45,841 nucleotides of DNA. Origin: a virus. Within the stretch, counting starts at the first letter, position 1. Each line of letters begins with the position of its first letter. The translations under genes were made by a program, and so were the position numbers. Where the stretch lies: positions 1 to 45,841 of IMG/VR virus record IMGVR_UViG_3300005614_000017; one strand, written 5' to 3'. Positions 36,757 to 43,759 of this stretch are shown here, in pieces. Under the pieces are notes generated by a model. It was not told the DNA's origin. It made no database searches and worked only from the letters and a program-made list of their open reading frames with translations.

Positions 36757-36948
36757 TCAACGCTCCCGATCGATGAGAAGCGAGCAAGCGCCGTATTGCG
36801 CGGCGATGGTTGCGGCGAAGGCAACAGCTTCCCGAAAATCGGCGATCCACCATCCGCGATGAGGACCGGCTCTTTCTTCCACGCTCCAAACTGCCGATAC
36901 GGTAGAACGGTTCATAAAGGAAAAATTGTCGGGCTTGATCGTGACCAT
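36757..36948 (-). CDS. Small hypothetical protein (63 aa)
   Basis: ATG 36948 is preceded by the conserved leader CGCTTTCAACGGAGCGATAAAA. Confidence 0.55.
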   Translation of the reverse strand: MVTIKPDNFSFMNRSTVSAVWSVEERAGPHRGWWIADFREAVAFAATIAAQYGACSLLIDRER

Positions 36949-36971
36949 TTTTATCGCTCCGTTGAAAGCGG

Positions 36972-37019
36972 TTGACTTATCGTCGAGCTGGCATCGCACG
37001 CCAGCGCGAAGGAAATCAA
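36972..37019 (-). repeat. 48-nt intergenic repeat, copy 1 (42/48 identical to 38045-38092), with CTGGC-N7-GCCAG hairpin
   Basis: Aligned by eye. The hairpin is at 36988-37004. The element begins on the minus strand with TTGATTTCC, whose TGA is the stop of the upstream gene. Confidence 0.8.
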
Positions 37020-37231
37020 CGAACATGAATGAGATGCAGCACAAGCCAATTTTTGCGAGGGAACGGAAGCCAGATTTGACGGCACCATATCTTTTCGCTT
37101 GCATAATTTGGCGACGTAATCCCTCCGAAACGCGGCGCATTAGCATAGACATGCTTATGCGGATACGCAATGAGCTGTAAGCTTCGAGCGCCCGATTGAT
37201 AGCTGAAAAGTTTTTTGGATTTTTCTAGCAC
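37016..37231 (-). CDS. Small hypothetical protein (71 aa)
   Basis: GTG 37231 was chosen because it follows the conserved leader CGCTTTCAATGGAGCGATAAA; the track start at 37279 is a TTG. Confidence 0.45.
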   Translation of the reverse strand: MLEKSKKLFSYQSGARSLQLIAYPHKHVYANAPRFGGITSPNYASEKIWCRQIWLPFPRKNWLVLHLIHVR

Positions 37232-37266
37232 TTTATCGCTCCATTGAAAGCGTTTCTGATAAACCT

Positions 37267-37295
37267 GACGTAACGTCAAAGATCAAATTTGTCAA
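37267..37295 (-). promoter_or_regulatory. Candidate promoter TTGACA-N17-TACGTC
   Basis: -35 at 37290-37295 lies inside the codons PVDK of the upstream gene; -10 at 37267-37272. It overlaps the 13-bp palindrome TGACGT-N-ACGTCA. Confidence 0.5.
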
Positions 37296-38031
37296 CAGGA
37301 TTTTTCAGATCCTGCAGAAATTTCAGCACAGGCTCATACTTCATTTTTATCTGATAGCCGATAAATCCCGCCATCTTGCTCAAGTCGCCATCGTACATTT
37401 CCTTGGCGCGCTCGATCAGTCCGGCCGGAATATCCAGCTTGGCAGGCTTGTCAGCTCCTGGCACGTTGTAGACGATCACGTTGCCGCCTTCTTCCTCAAT
37501 CGTCTCGAACCATCCCGCCAGAAATCCACGGTGGCGCAATTTGTTGAAGACCGTTGCGACGCCACGCGCTCGCTCTTGCATAATCGCGGCCGGCAGGCTC
37601 AATAGCACGCGCACGGCAAGGTAATTGTGCCTGACAGGCTTCTGAGCGTCCGTTATGGTCTTTTTCACCCATACGGCGAGCGAGGCCCAATCTGTCTGCG
37701 ATGCCTCATCGGTCATAGCGGCTTCGATCCGCACTTCTGCATTGCGCAAGATTTCATCCTTTCCAATCATTCCCAAGCTCTCGAATTCCTCCAAAAGCTT
37801 GGCATCCATTTCGAAAAGGAAATTGCGCTGATCATCACTTGCATATTTATAAATCCATGCGAGCGTGCCGGCGCTAACGCGATTGCGTCGGACGGATCGA
37901 GCAACCTTTTCGAATTCCGCGTCAACGTCCAATTCGCCTTCATCCAGCTCGATCCCGACATAATCGAAAATCTGCTGAATTTTCTTGCGGTCGACGCCAA
38001 ACTTGACGCTCAATTCCAGTGCGCTTGCCAT
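37276..38031 (-). CDS. Hypothetical early protein ending ...DKFDL
   Basis: 251-aa ORF downstream of repeat copy 2. Confidence 0.65.
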   Translation of the reverse strand: MASALELSVKFGVDRKKIQQIFDYVGIELDEGELDVDAEFEKVARSVRRNRVSAGTLAWIYKYASDDQRNFLFEMDAKLLEEFESLGMIGKDEILRNAEVRIEAAMTDEASQTDWASLAVWVKKTITDAQKPVRHNYLAVRVLLSLPAAIMQERARGVATVFNKLRHRGFLAGWFETIEEEGGNVIVYNVPGADKPAKLDIPAGLIERAKEMYDGDLSKMAGFIGYQIKMKYEPVLKFLQDLKNPVDKFDL

Positions 38032-38044
38032 GTTACAAATCCTA

Positions 38045-38092
38045 TTGACTTATCGTTGCCCTGGCATCGCACGCCAGAGCAAGGGAAATCAA
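38045..38092 (-). repeat. 48-nt intergenic repeat, copy 2, with CTGGC-N7-GCCAG hairpin
   Basis: See copy 1. The hairpin is at 38061-38077, and the TGA of the 38089 gene lies inside TTGATTTCC. Confidence 0.8.
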
Positions 38093-38277
38093 TCCTGGAT
38101 TGAAATTTCTTCAACCATAAAAATCGAAATATCGATGGACCTATTTAGGCCGCCTATTGAAAGTTTGACAGCTGCCCTTAAAGCTTCGGCCGATGTATTC
38201 CAACGTCCCTTCGACGTGACCGCGCTTTGCATGTCACCAGAACGTAGAGAAAATGTCCAATTATGTTCGATTTCCAT
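38089..38277 (-). CDS. Small hypothetical protein (62 aa)
   Basis: ATG 38277 with GGGAGA RBS and a TAATG overlap with the upstream mini-ORF. Confidence 0.5.
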   Translation of the reverse strand: MEIEHNWTFSLRSGDMQSAVTSKGRWNTSAEALRAAVKLSIGGLNRSIDISIFMVEEISIQD

Positions 38278-38429
38278 TAATTTTCTCCCGGCTTGTTGTG
38301 ATAAATACGGACGCCACGCGCTCGAACGATGACGCGATGAATGTTGCGGCGCGGTTCCGGATGCGATGGCGTCTCGAAGAAGCCAATGACGAGAATTATT
38401 CCCACATACAGCCAAATGTGATGGTGCAT
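38277..38429 (-). CDS. Possible membrane mini-protein (50 aa), absent from the ORF track
   Basis: Hand translation: MHHHIWLYVGIILVIGFFETPSHPEPRRNIHRVIVRARGVRIYHNKPGEN, with GAGGG upstream. Confidence 0.4.
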   Translation of the reverse strand: MHHHIWLYVGIILVIGFFETPSHPEPRRNIHRVIVRARGVRIYHNKPGEN

Positions 38430-38446
38430 CGCTCAAGCCCTCGCTT

Positions 38447-38650
38447 TCACAATTTTTTCATTTGTTCGGAAAGACGGTTAATGGCCGCAAAGAGCTGATT
38501 AGCCAATTGTTCTGGCGTCTGCTCAGGATATTCGTTTCCGTCTGAAAGCTTGATATTCAGGAAGAGCGCGCAAAGACGGACGCTATCCATTTCTTTCTTA
38601 GCTTCTGCTAGGATTTGGGCGCCGTTGCGCATTTGTTGCTCTAACAGCAT
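38447..38650 (-). CDS. Small hypothetical protein (67 aa)
   Basis: ATG 38650 with GGAGGG 6 nt upstream, in a TGAGATG junction. Confidence 0.55.
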   Translation of the reverse strand: MLLEQQMRNGAQILAEAKKEMDSVRLCALFLNIKLSDGNEYPEQTPEQLANQLFAAINRLSEQMKKL

Positions 38651-38651
38651 C

Positions 38652-38816
38652 TCAAGCCCTCCGAACGCAGTAGGAAAAGGACAGGCGCCCAAAACGCACG
38701 AACGTCAGGCCGCCGATACGGCGCCGGGAAATCTCACCGCGCTCGATCATGTCGAGGGTGCCCAATCCTGGCACCGTGATCAACGCATAGACCGTGATGA
38801 AAACGAGGATGTCCAT
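38652..38816 (-). CDS. Possible membrane mini-protein (54 aa), absent from the ORF track
   Basis: Hand translation: MDILVFITVYALITVPGLGTLDMIERGEISRRRIGGLTFVRFGRLSFSYCVRRA. It starts 3 nt after the upstream stop. Confidence 0.4.
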   Translation of the reverse strand: MDILVFITVYALITVPGLGTLDMIERGEISRRRIGGLTFVRFGRLSFSYCVRRA

Positions 38817-38819
38817 GGC

Positions 38820-39206
38820 TCAATATCCTCTCTCGGCTGCATTGTGAGCGCTGGAATAGCGCATAATAAGCATTCCGTGCGTCCAGCTAGCGCCGCCTGT
38901 CCGGTTGTGGCGCGTGCTGGCATAGGGATTTTCAGAATTGAATTCCGAATTATAGCCTCGCAGATACATGAGCGCTTGAACGCCGTTCGAAACTCGCGTT
39001 GCACAATCGAGCGTGCGCAAATAATTTTTCAGAAAGCCGTCATGCTTGCCGTTTGCAATGTCGCAAAGAAATTCGTTTGCGCTGAAAACATGCTCGTCCA
39101 TGTCAGCGAAAAGCTCGCGAAGCCATTCCACGTAATAAGCGCGTGCTGCAAAAAGCTTGGCCTCGCGAGACAGCTCATTGTGCCGATGATTGTTGCGCGT
39201 CCACAT
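38820..39206 (-). CDS. First early protein of the leftward operon (hypothetical)
   Basis: 128 aa. ATG 39206 is preceded by the conserved leader, downstream of the best sigma70-like promoter. Confidence 0.65.
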   Translation of the reverse strand: MWTRNNHRHNELSREAKLFAARAYYVEWLRELFADMDEHVFSANEFLCDIANGKHDGFLKNYLRTLDCATRVSNGVQALMYLRGYNSEFNSENPYASTRHNRTGGASWTHGMLIMRYSSAHNAAERGY

Positions 39207-39246
39207 ATTTTCGCTCCGTTGAAAGCGTTTCCGTCTTGATAAACCT

Positions 39247-39275
39247 TATGTAGCCTCAACATTCTAGAGTGTCAA
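39247..39275 (-). promoter_or_regulatory. Leftward early promoter, TTGACA-N17-TACATA
   Basis: A perfect -35 at 39270-39275 and -10 at 39247-39252, about 40 nt upstream of the first early gene. Confidence 0.6.
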
Positions 39276-39762
39276 CAGTTATTTTCTATATGGACCTTGA
39301 ACGATTTAGAATGGCAAGCTCTTGCAGTCTCGCTATGCGCGTGCGCGTTTATAGCTAAAGCTATGTCGTGCTTCGCCGCACGGCTCCAACGCTTCCCAGC
39401 GTGCCTTAGCGACTGCACTCCTAACTATCCCGACGCGCTCTTCAAAGACTGAGAAAAAATCTCAGAACATCAAAATATTTTAACGCTTTTTTAACCCCGT
39501 ACGATTAGAGTGATCTCGTCGGTGGCTTCTCGATATCCACCCTCGCCCCAAATCCACTCCCAATCATCGGAATAATTTAAATATGCGCGAAATTCCTCTC
39601 CCCGCCCGTCGCCGAGATGCCCAGGCTCTCGATTGGTCGAAATCCTTTTGGGCTCGAAAGGCTCTCGACGAAAAAGAATTGATCGAGCGCGTCGAAAAAG
39701 GCTTGACGGTATCGCCGATCTGACGTAACGAGAGGTTATCAATCAACGAAAGGAATTTCCCC

Positions 39763-39834
39763 ATGATGATCATCGCCACTCTCGCCGCTCTCGCCCTGGT
39801 TGGGGCTCTCGTATGGGCATGCATCGTTGCATGA
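39763..39834 (+). CDS. Possible 23-aa hydrophobic peptide
   Basis: AAAGGAA lies 7 nt upstream of the ATG. Sequence MMIIATLAALALVGALVWACIVA, within the divergent control region. Confidence 0.3.
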   Translation: MMIIATLAALALVGALVWACIVA

Positions 39835-40011
39835 CCCATGCGAAATCTGACGGACCGGCAGGTCTCGACGATGATTTTGCGTATTGCCAGACGTTAAAAT
39901 ATTTTTAAGCCCGTCCCGGTACCTTTTAGGATTTCAGCAGGACCCGGGGGCATGGTTCGAGGCGAGACGGGAGAGCCGGGCCTGGGGCTCGCACAGAATA
40001 AACATATTTTT

Positions 40012-40042
40012 TACATAACCCTCACCTAACGTCAACTTGACA
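40012..40042 (+). promoter_or_regulatory. Candidate rightward promoter region: TACATA, then the TAACGTCAACTTGACA box (copy D)
   Basis: TACATA at 40012-40017, and the box at 40027-40042, 9 nt later. The box contains the palindrome GTCAA-C-TTGAC. It lies upstream of the first rightward gene. Confidence 0.35.
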
Positions 40043-40175
40043 TTCTTGCCCACTATAGTAATCCCCGCCAAATGTTTAGATGGCACCGCGAACCCAAAGG
40101 CTCCGCCCTCGGCCAGCGAATATTGAGGGATTTGCGATGGGAGCATAGGCTCCGATTGATATGGAGGACACGAAC

Positions 40176-40397
40176 ATGAAGAAACGCCCTGCCACCCGAC
40201 GCTCGAACGTAACAGCCGCTGTCTACGACCCCGACAAGCGCACCCTAGACATCACCTTCCACAACGGACGAACCTACCGCTATCACGACGTCCCCGAAAA
40301 ACACGGCAACGGGATCATCGCCGCCGAAAGCCAGGGCTCCTATCTCCACCAGCATATCGCCAAGCATTTCGATTTTTCTGAATTGAAACCGGACTGA
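40176..40397 (+). CDS. KTSC domain protein
   Basis: ATG 40176 with GGAGGA 7 nt upstream. VTAAVYDPDKRTLDITFHNGRTYRYHDVPEKHGNGIIAAESQGSYLHQHI fits the KTSC pattern. Confidence 0.7.
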   Translation: MKKRPATRRSNVTAAVYDPDKRTLDITFHNGRTYRYHDVPEKHGNGIIAAESQGSYLHQHIAKHFDFSELKPD

Positions 40398-40587
40398 GGT
40401 CCCTGCAAATTCACAGACACGTCCCATTATGAGCCTGCGGCGCTCGATATCCCCTTTGCCGGCTTGTCGGGTGGCCTCTAAATCGGTAAAGTGATGTTGC
40501 AGGCCAAGATAGCGGTAATGTCCTTGTACCCGCCAGCTATGCAGCGGAAGGAAGCCTGCAAATTCCTTCAACCTAGGAGATAGCGGG

Positions 40588-41346
40588 ATGAGCCATTTCA
40601 TTGAACATGCAGAACGGGAGCTTGCGCTATACGGTTCGGAAGGCCTTTATGGCGAGGACACCGGCAAAGCCGTGATGGAGCTAGTCCGTATTTTCGACGG
40701 GCAGCACCATTCAGGCGGTTCCGCCATGGTCGTCAGCCAAATTTTTATGAAGTTGGCAGGTTATGGAATTCTCACTCCGATTACGGACGAACCGGATCAA
40801 TGGGTCGATCATGGCGCCGGTATGTTTCAGCACAAACGGCTAAGCTCTGTGTTCAAAGACCATTCGGGTGCTTACGATATTGGCGGAATAATTTTCCGCG
40901 AACCGGATGGCGCAACCTACACCAGCAAGGATAGCCGTGTTCCTGTGGAATTTCCTTACACTCAGGTTCGAAAAATTGTTGACGTAGACGAAGGAGGAAA
41001 ACCTGTGAAAAACGAAATCCATCCCGCGCCCGGTGAATTCACGCCGGCCGAAATCGTACAGGACAATATCCTGCATTTCTTCCACTACTCACATTTGCCG
41101 CCGACGTTGCAGGCGACGTCCTCCCGGTTCTGCGGCATGGCCCGCTTCATCGTCGACACCCTGCCGCAAAATCCGGAACGCATGGTCGCTCTGCGCAAGC
41201 TGCTGGAAGCGAAGGACGCGGCAGTCCGAGCCAACGTCGGGCCGAAAATCCGGCGAGACGATCACGGCACTCCGATCGAACATGAAATCGGTGAAGTGCA
41301 TTCGCCGCGCAACGACCCCGACAAGCCCTTGACTTTCGACGACTGA
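40588..41346 (+). CDS. Hypothetical protein (ends ...LTFDD)
   Basis: 252-aa ORF with TAGGAGA RBS. Confidence 0.65.
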   Translation: MSHFIEHAERELALYGSEGLYGEDTGKAVMELVRIFDGQHHSGGSAMVVSQIFMKLAGYGILTPITDEPDQWVDHGAGMFQHKRLSSVFKDHSGAYDIGGIIFREPDGATYTSKDSRVPVEFPYTQVRKIVDVDEGGKPVKNEIHPAPGEFTPAEIVQDNILHFFHYSHLPPTLQATSSRFCGMARFIVDTLPQNPERMVALRKLLEAKDAAVRANVGPKIRRDDHGTPIEHEIGEVHSPRNDPDKPLTFDD

Positions 41347-41404
41347 TCGACAATAATTGAAAAAGCAGAGTTGGTCCGCACTGCGCGCATTGGCGGAACC
41401 CTGG

Positions 41405-41440
41405 AAACCCCGTGATCGTTTAGGCGGTTGCGGGGTTTTT
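41405..41440 (+). terminator. Rho-independent terminator
   Basis: AAACCCCG (41405-41412) pairs with CGGGGTTT (41431-41438), followed by a T-run. Confidence 0.7.
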
Positions 41441-41456
41441 CTATGGAGCGACGATC

Positions 41457-41732
41457 ATGAAACCTACCAAGGACGAAGGCGGCGTGAAGGACGACGAGAA
41501 AACCAAGATCCTCGGCGCCCGCGACAATGCCACCAACGACGCGAAGGGTCAGGCCAAGGTCAACGCTGCCGCCGGCTCGAACCCCGTCGACGGCCAAAAG
41601 CAGATCCCGGCCGAAGACGTCGCCGATCGCGTCACGCACTCGCCTGAGGCCGCGCACGAAACCCAGCGGCAGGCCGAACAGCGCAAGGCGCAGGAAGATG
41701 CCGAGCTTGACGACGGTGGCTTCCCAGAGTAA
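41457..41732 (+). CDS. Hypothetical charged/disordered protein
   Basis: 91-aa ORF with GGAG upstream. Confidence 0.55.
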   Translation: MKPTKDEGGVKDDEKTKILGARDNATNDAKGQAKVNAAAGSNPVDGQKQIPAEDVADRVTHSPEAAHETQRQAEQRKAQEDAELDDGGFPE

Positions 41733-41761
41733 TCGGAAATTCCTCCCAAGGGGAATGAGGG

Positions 41762-41804
41762 AAGGGTCGTTGTGCCGCGCTGGTACAGCGGCCCTTTTCT
41801 TTTG
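41762..41804 (+). terminator. Possible terminator
   Basis: AAGGG...CCCTT outer stem and CGCTG/CAGCG inner stem, followed by TTTTCTTTTG. Confidence 0.35.
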
Positions 41805-41858
41805 TCTTGCATCGTTGATACCTTTGATACACGATCGCCGGCAATAGGGAGGACGATC

Positions 41859-42014
41859 ATGGCACGTGTCGACGATCTCAAGGCCAAGCTCAAAGCGAGT
41901 GAAGGCAAACCGGGACTTAATGTCCGGGCTCGCGCTCTGAGAAAGGAAATCGCCCGGCTCGAAAGCAAGTCAATTCCGACAGACGAAGAGTTGGATGCGG
42001 AAGAACAGAAATGA
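41859..42014 (+). CDS. Small coiled-coil protein (51 aa)
   Basis: ATG 41859 with GGGAGGA RBS (MARVDDLKAKLKAS...). Confidence 0.55.
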   Translation: MARVDDLKAKLKASEGKPGLNVRARALRKEIARLESKSIPTDEELDAEEQK

Positions 42015-42826
42015 TCGTCAATAAATTCACGCGCAAGACTTTCGCTAGTCTCGGCGACGACACGACCTTGACCCGGTTCGTGAAAATCAAAAGCACGGAC
42101 AGCCCCAAGCATCCGCGCAAATTCCAGCCTCGATTGGACGGCATCGGCGTGCCGGCATTCGTCGCACAAGGCCGCACCAAATTCCCTTCTCGCGTCCTGG
42201 CGGTGTCGGACCAGAATAGCGTCCTGCTGACGTCCGGCCATTCCAATGTAAAGATTGGCCGTGACGTCCGGTTCAAAGGTCTGCACCGAGGATATTGGAT
42301 TTACTATCTTTCGCTGGAAGAACGAAAGACTTGCCCGTCATCCTGTGCCAACTGGCAAAGTTGCTACGGCAATAATATGCCATTCGCTAAAAGAGTGAAC
42401 CATGACGATCCGGAATTCTTGCCGGCGCTCGAAAAGCAAATCGACGAGCTTTGCAAAAAGCGATACGGCGTCCTCCTTAGACTGCATCAGCTTGGAGATT
42501 TCTACTCTAGCACGTATGTGCACTTTTGGGATAGAATGCTCGACCGTCATCCCAACCTCGCAGTCTACGGCTATACCGCTCACGATCGCGACACGGTACT
42601 TGGGCGAGCAGTCGATAAACTCCATGACAAACATCAGCATCGTTGGATGATCCGGCATTCCAACCCCAAGGAATTCGGACCCATGTCAGCCGTGACAATC
42701 GGTAGCGCGGATGCTAAACCGGCCGGCAGCTTCATCTGCCCGGAACAGCTCGACAAGACGGCGTGCTGCGCGACATGTGGAGCGTGTTGGGCAACCACGA
42801 AACCGGTTGCCTTCCTCGAACACTAG
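42011..42826 (+). CDS. Cys-rich protein, possibly GP88-family-like
   Basis: 271 aa with ATGA overlap. It has CPSSCANWQSCYG and C-terminal ICPEQLDKTACCATCGACW clusters. The family call is from memory only. Confidence 0.45.
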   Translation: MIVNKFTRKTFASLGDDTTLTRFVKIKSTDSPKHPRKFQPRLDGIGVPAFVAQGRTKFPSRVLAVSDQNSVLLTSGHSNVKIGRDVRFKGLHRGYWIYYLSLEERKTCPSSCANWQSCYGNNMPFAKRVNHDDPEFLPALEKQIDELCKKRYGVLLRLHQLGDFYSSTYVHFWDRMLDRHPNLAVYGYTAHDRDTVLGRAVDKLHDKHQHRWMIRHSNPKEFGPMSAVTIGSADAKPAGSFICPEQLDKTACCATCGACWATTKPVAFLEH

Positions 42827-42836
42827 GAGGCGTGCA

Positions 42837-43064
42837 GTGCCGAAGAAAGGGAATTTCCTGGGAGGCGCTCTCCCCAAGCCGCCCAAGAATGCCGCGAGCG
42901 GTGGCGTCCCCGGTGATGCGACCCACGTGCGATCGCTCATGGCAAGCGGGCAGAAGGTGGCAGGCACGAAGATCGCAGCGGCGGCCGATAGCCCCCACGT
43001 CATGCCGACCAAGCATCCCGCCTCCACCTCGACGCGAACCGTCAAGACCACGGAAGGATTTTGA
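42837..43064 (+). CDS. Small hypothetical protein (75 aa)
   Basis: GTG 42837 lies 6 nt after AGGAGG (42825-42830). Confidence 0.5.
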   Translation: MPKKGNFLGGALPKPPKNAASGGVPGDATHVRSLMASGQKVAGTKIAAAADSPHVMPTKHPASTSTRTVKTTEGF

Positions 43065-43066
43065 TC

Positions 43067-43288
43067 ATGGCGAAGCTGACGACTTCCGGCCGCAAGGGCC
43101 TCTCGAAATCGACGTTCGGCCTGCCCGGTGAGCGGAAATATCCGATGCCCGACAAATCTCACGCCGCCAACGCGAAAGCGCGAGCGACGCAACAGGTCAA
43201 GGCCGGAAATCTTTCTCCATCCTCCAAAGCCAAGATCGACGCCAAGGCCAACCGCATCCTGGGCGGCAAAGGCGGAAAAAAGAAATAA
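43067..43288 (+). CDS. Small basic protein (73 aa)
   Basis: ATG 43067 (MAKLTTSGRKGLSKSTFGLPGERKYPMPDKSHAANAKARA...). Confidence 0.55.
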   Translation: MAKLTTSGRKGLSKSTFGLPGERKYPMPDKSHAANAKARATQQVKAGNLSPSSKAKIDAKANRILGGKGGKKK

Positions 43289-43315
43289 CTTCACGGCTAG
43301 AAAGCGGGTATTTTT

Positions 43316-43756
43316 ATGTCAAGGCAATGTCCAGATTGCGAATGTTGGCGGCCAGATAGCCAGCGCGTTTGCGACTGTAAAAAATCAATCGAGGAAAAGC
43401 CGGGCCTGACTTTGGTCGACCGCCTCGTAGCGCCGGAACCGCAAGGCACGATCGTCAGCAATATCAGGCCCAAGCCGGCTGAGGCTGGCGTCGTGCAGCT
43501 TCACAAGAGCAAGCCCGCGACGGATATTCCGGAAACGCTGCGCCGCATCGCGGATGAAATCGAGCGCGGAGAAAAGATGGAAGTCGTCACGACGGCTATC
43601 GTCATTCTCGGCCACACATACGACAAGCCGACGAAAGATAATCCGGAAGTTAGCAGTTTCCATGCGGAACATGAGCTGTTCGGCATCGGCCCGCGCGTCG
43701 ACCTGTTCACGATCCGTGGCCTCTTGTCTCACGCACTGATACGAATGGGAATGTGA
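43316..43756 (+). CDS. Hypothetical protein with N-terminal Cys motif
   Basis: 146 aa, containing CPDCECW...CDC. Confidence 0.55.
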   Translation: MSRQCPDCECWRPDSQRVCDCKKSIEEKPGLTLVDRLVAPEPQGTIVSNIRPKPAEAGVVQLHKSKPATDIPETLRRIADEIERGEKMEVVTTAIVILGHTYDKPTKDNPEVSSFHAEHELFGIGPRVDLFTIRGLLSHALIRMGM

Positions 43757-43759
43757 TCG

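Noticed and set aside
39491-39839. Minus-strand ORFs 39491-39742 (83 aa) and 39564-39839 (91 aa) in the control region.
   Set aside because: The first starts at a TTG with no SD. Both overlap each other and the plus-strand mini-ORFs. I found no supporting signal.
39950-39965. GGTTCGA, and GGGTTCAAAA at 12958-12967, as possible tRNA T-loops.
   Set aside because: The flanking bases do not form the required 5-bp T-stem, and no acceptor or anticodon arms could be built.
40037-40059. A perfect TTGACA (40037-40042) followed by a good TATAGT (40054-40059), considered as the rightward promoter.
   Set aside because: The spacer is only 11 nt, which is incompatible with sigma70 geometry. The TTGACA is better read as part of the GTCAA-C-TTGAC dyad.
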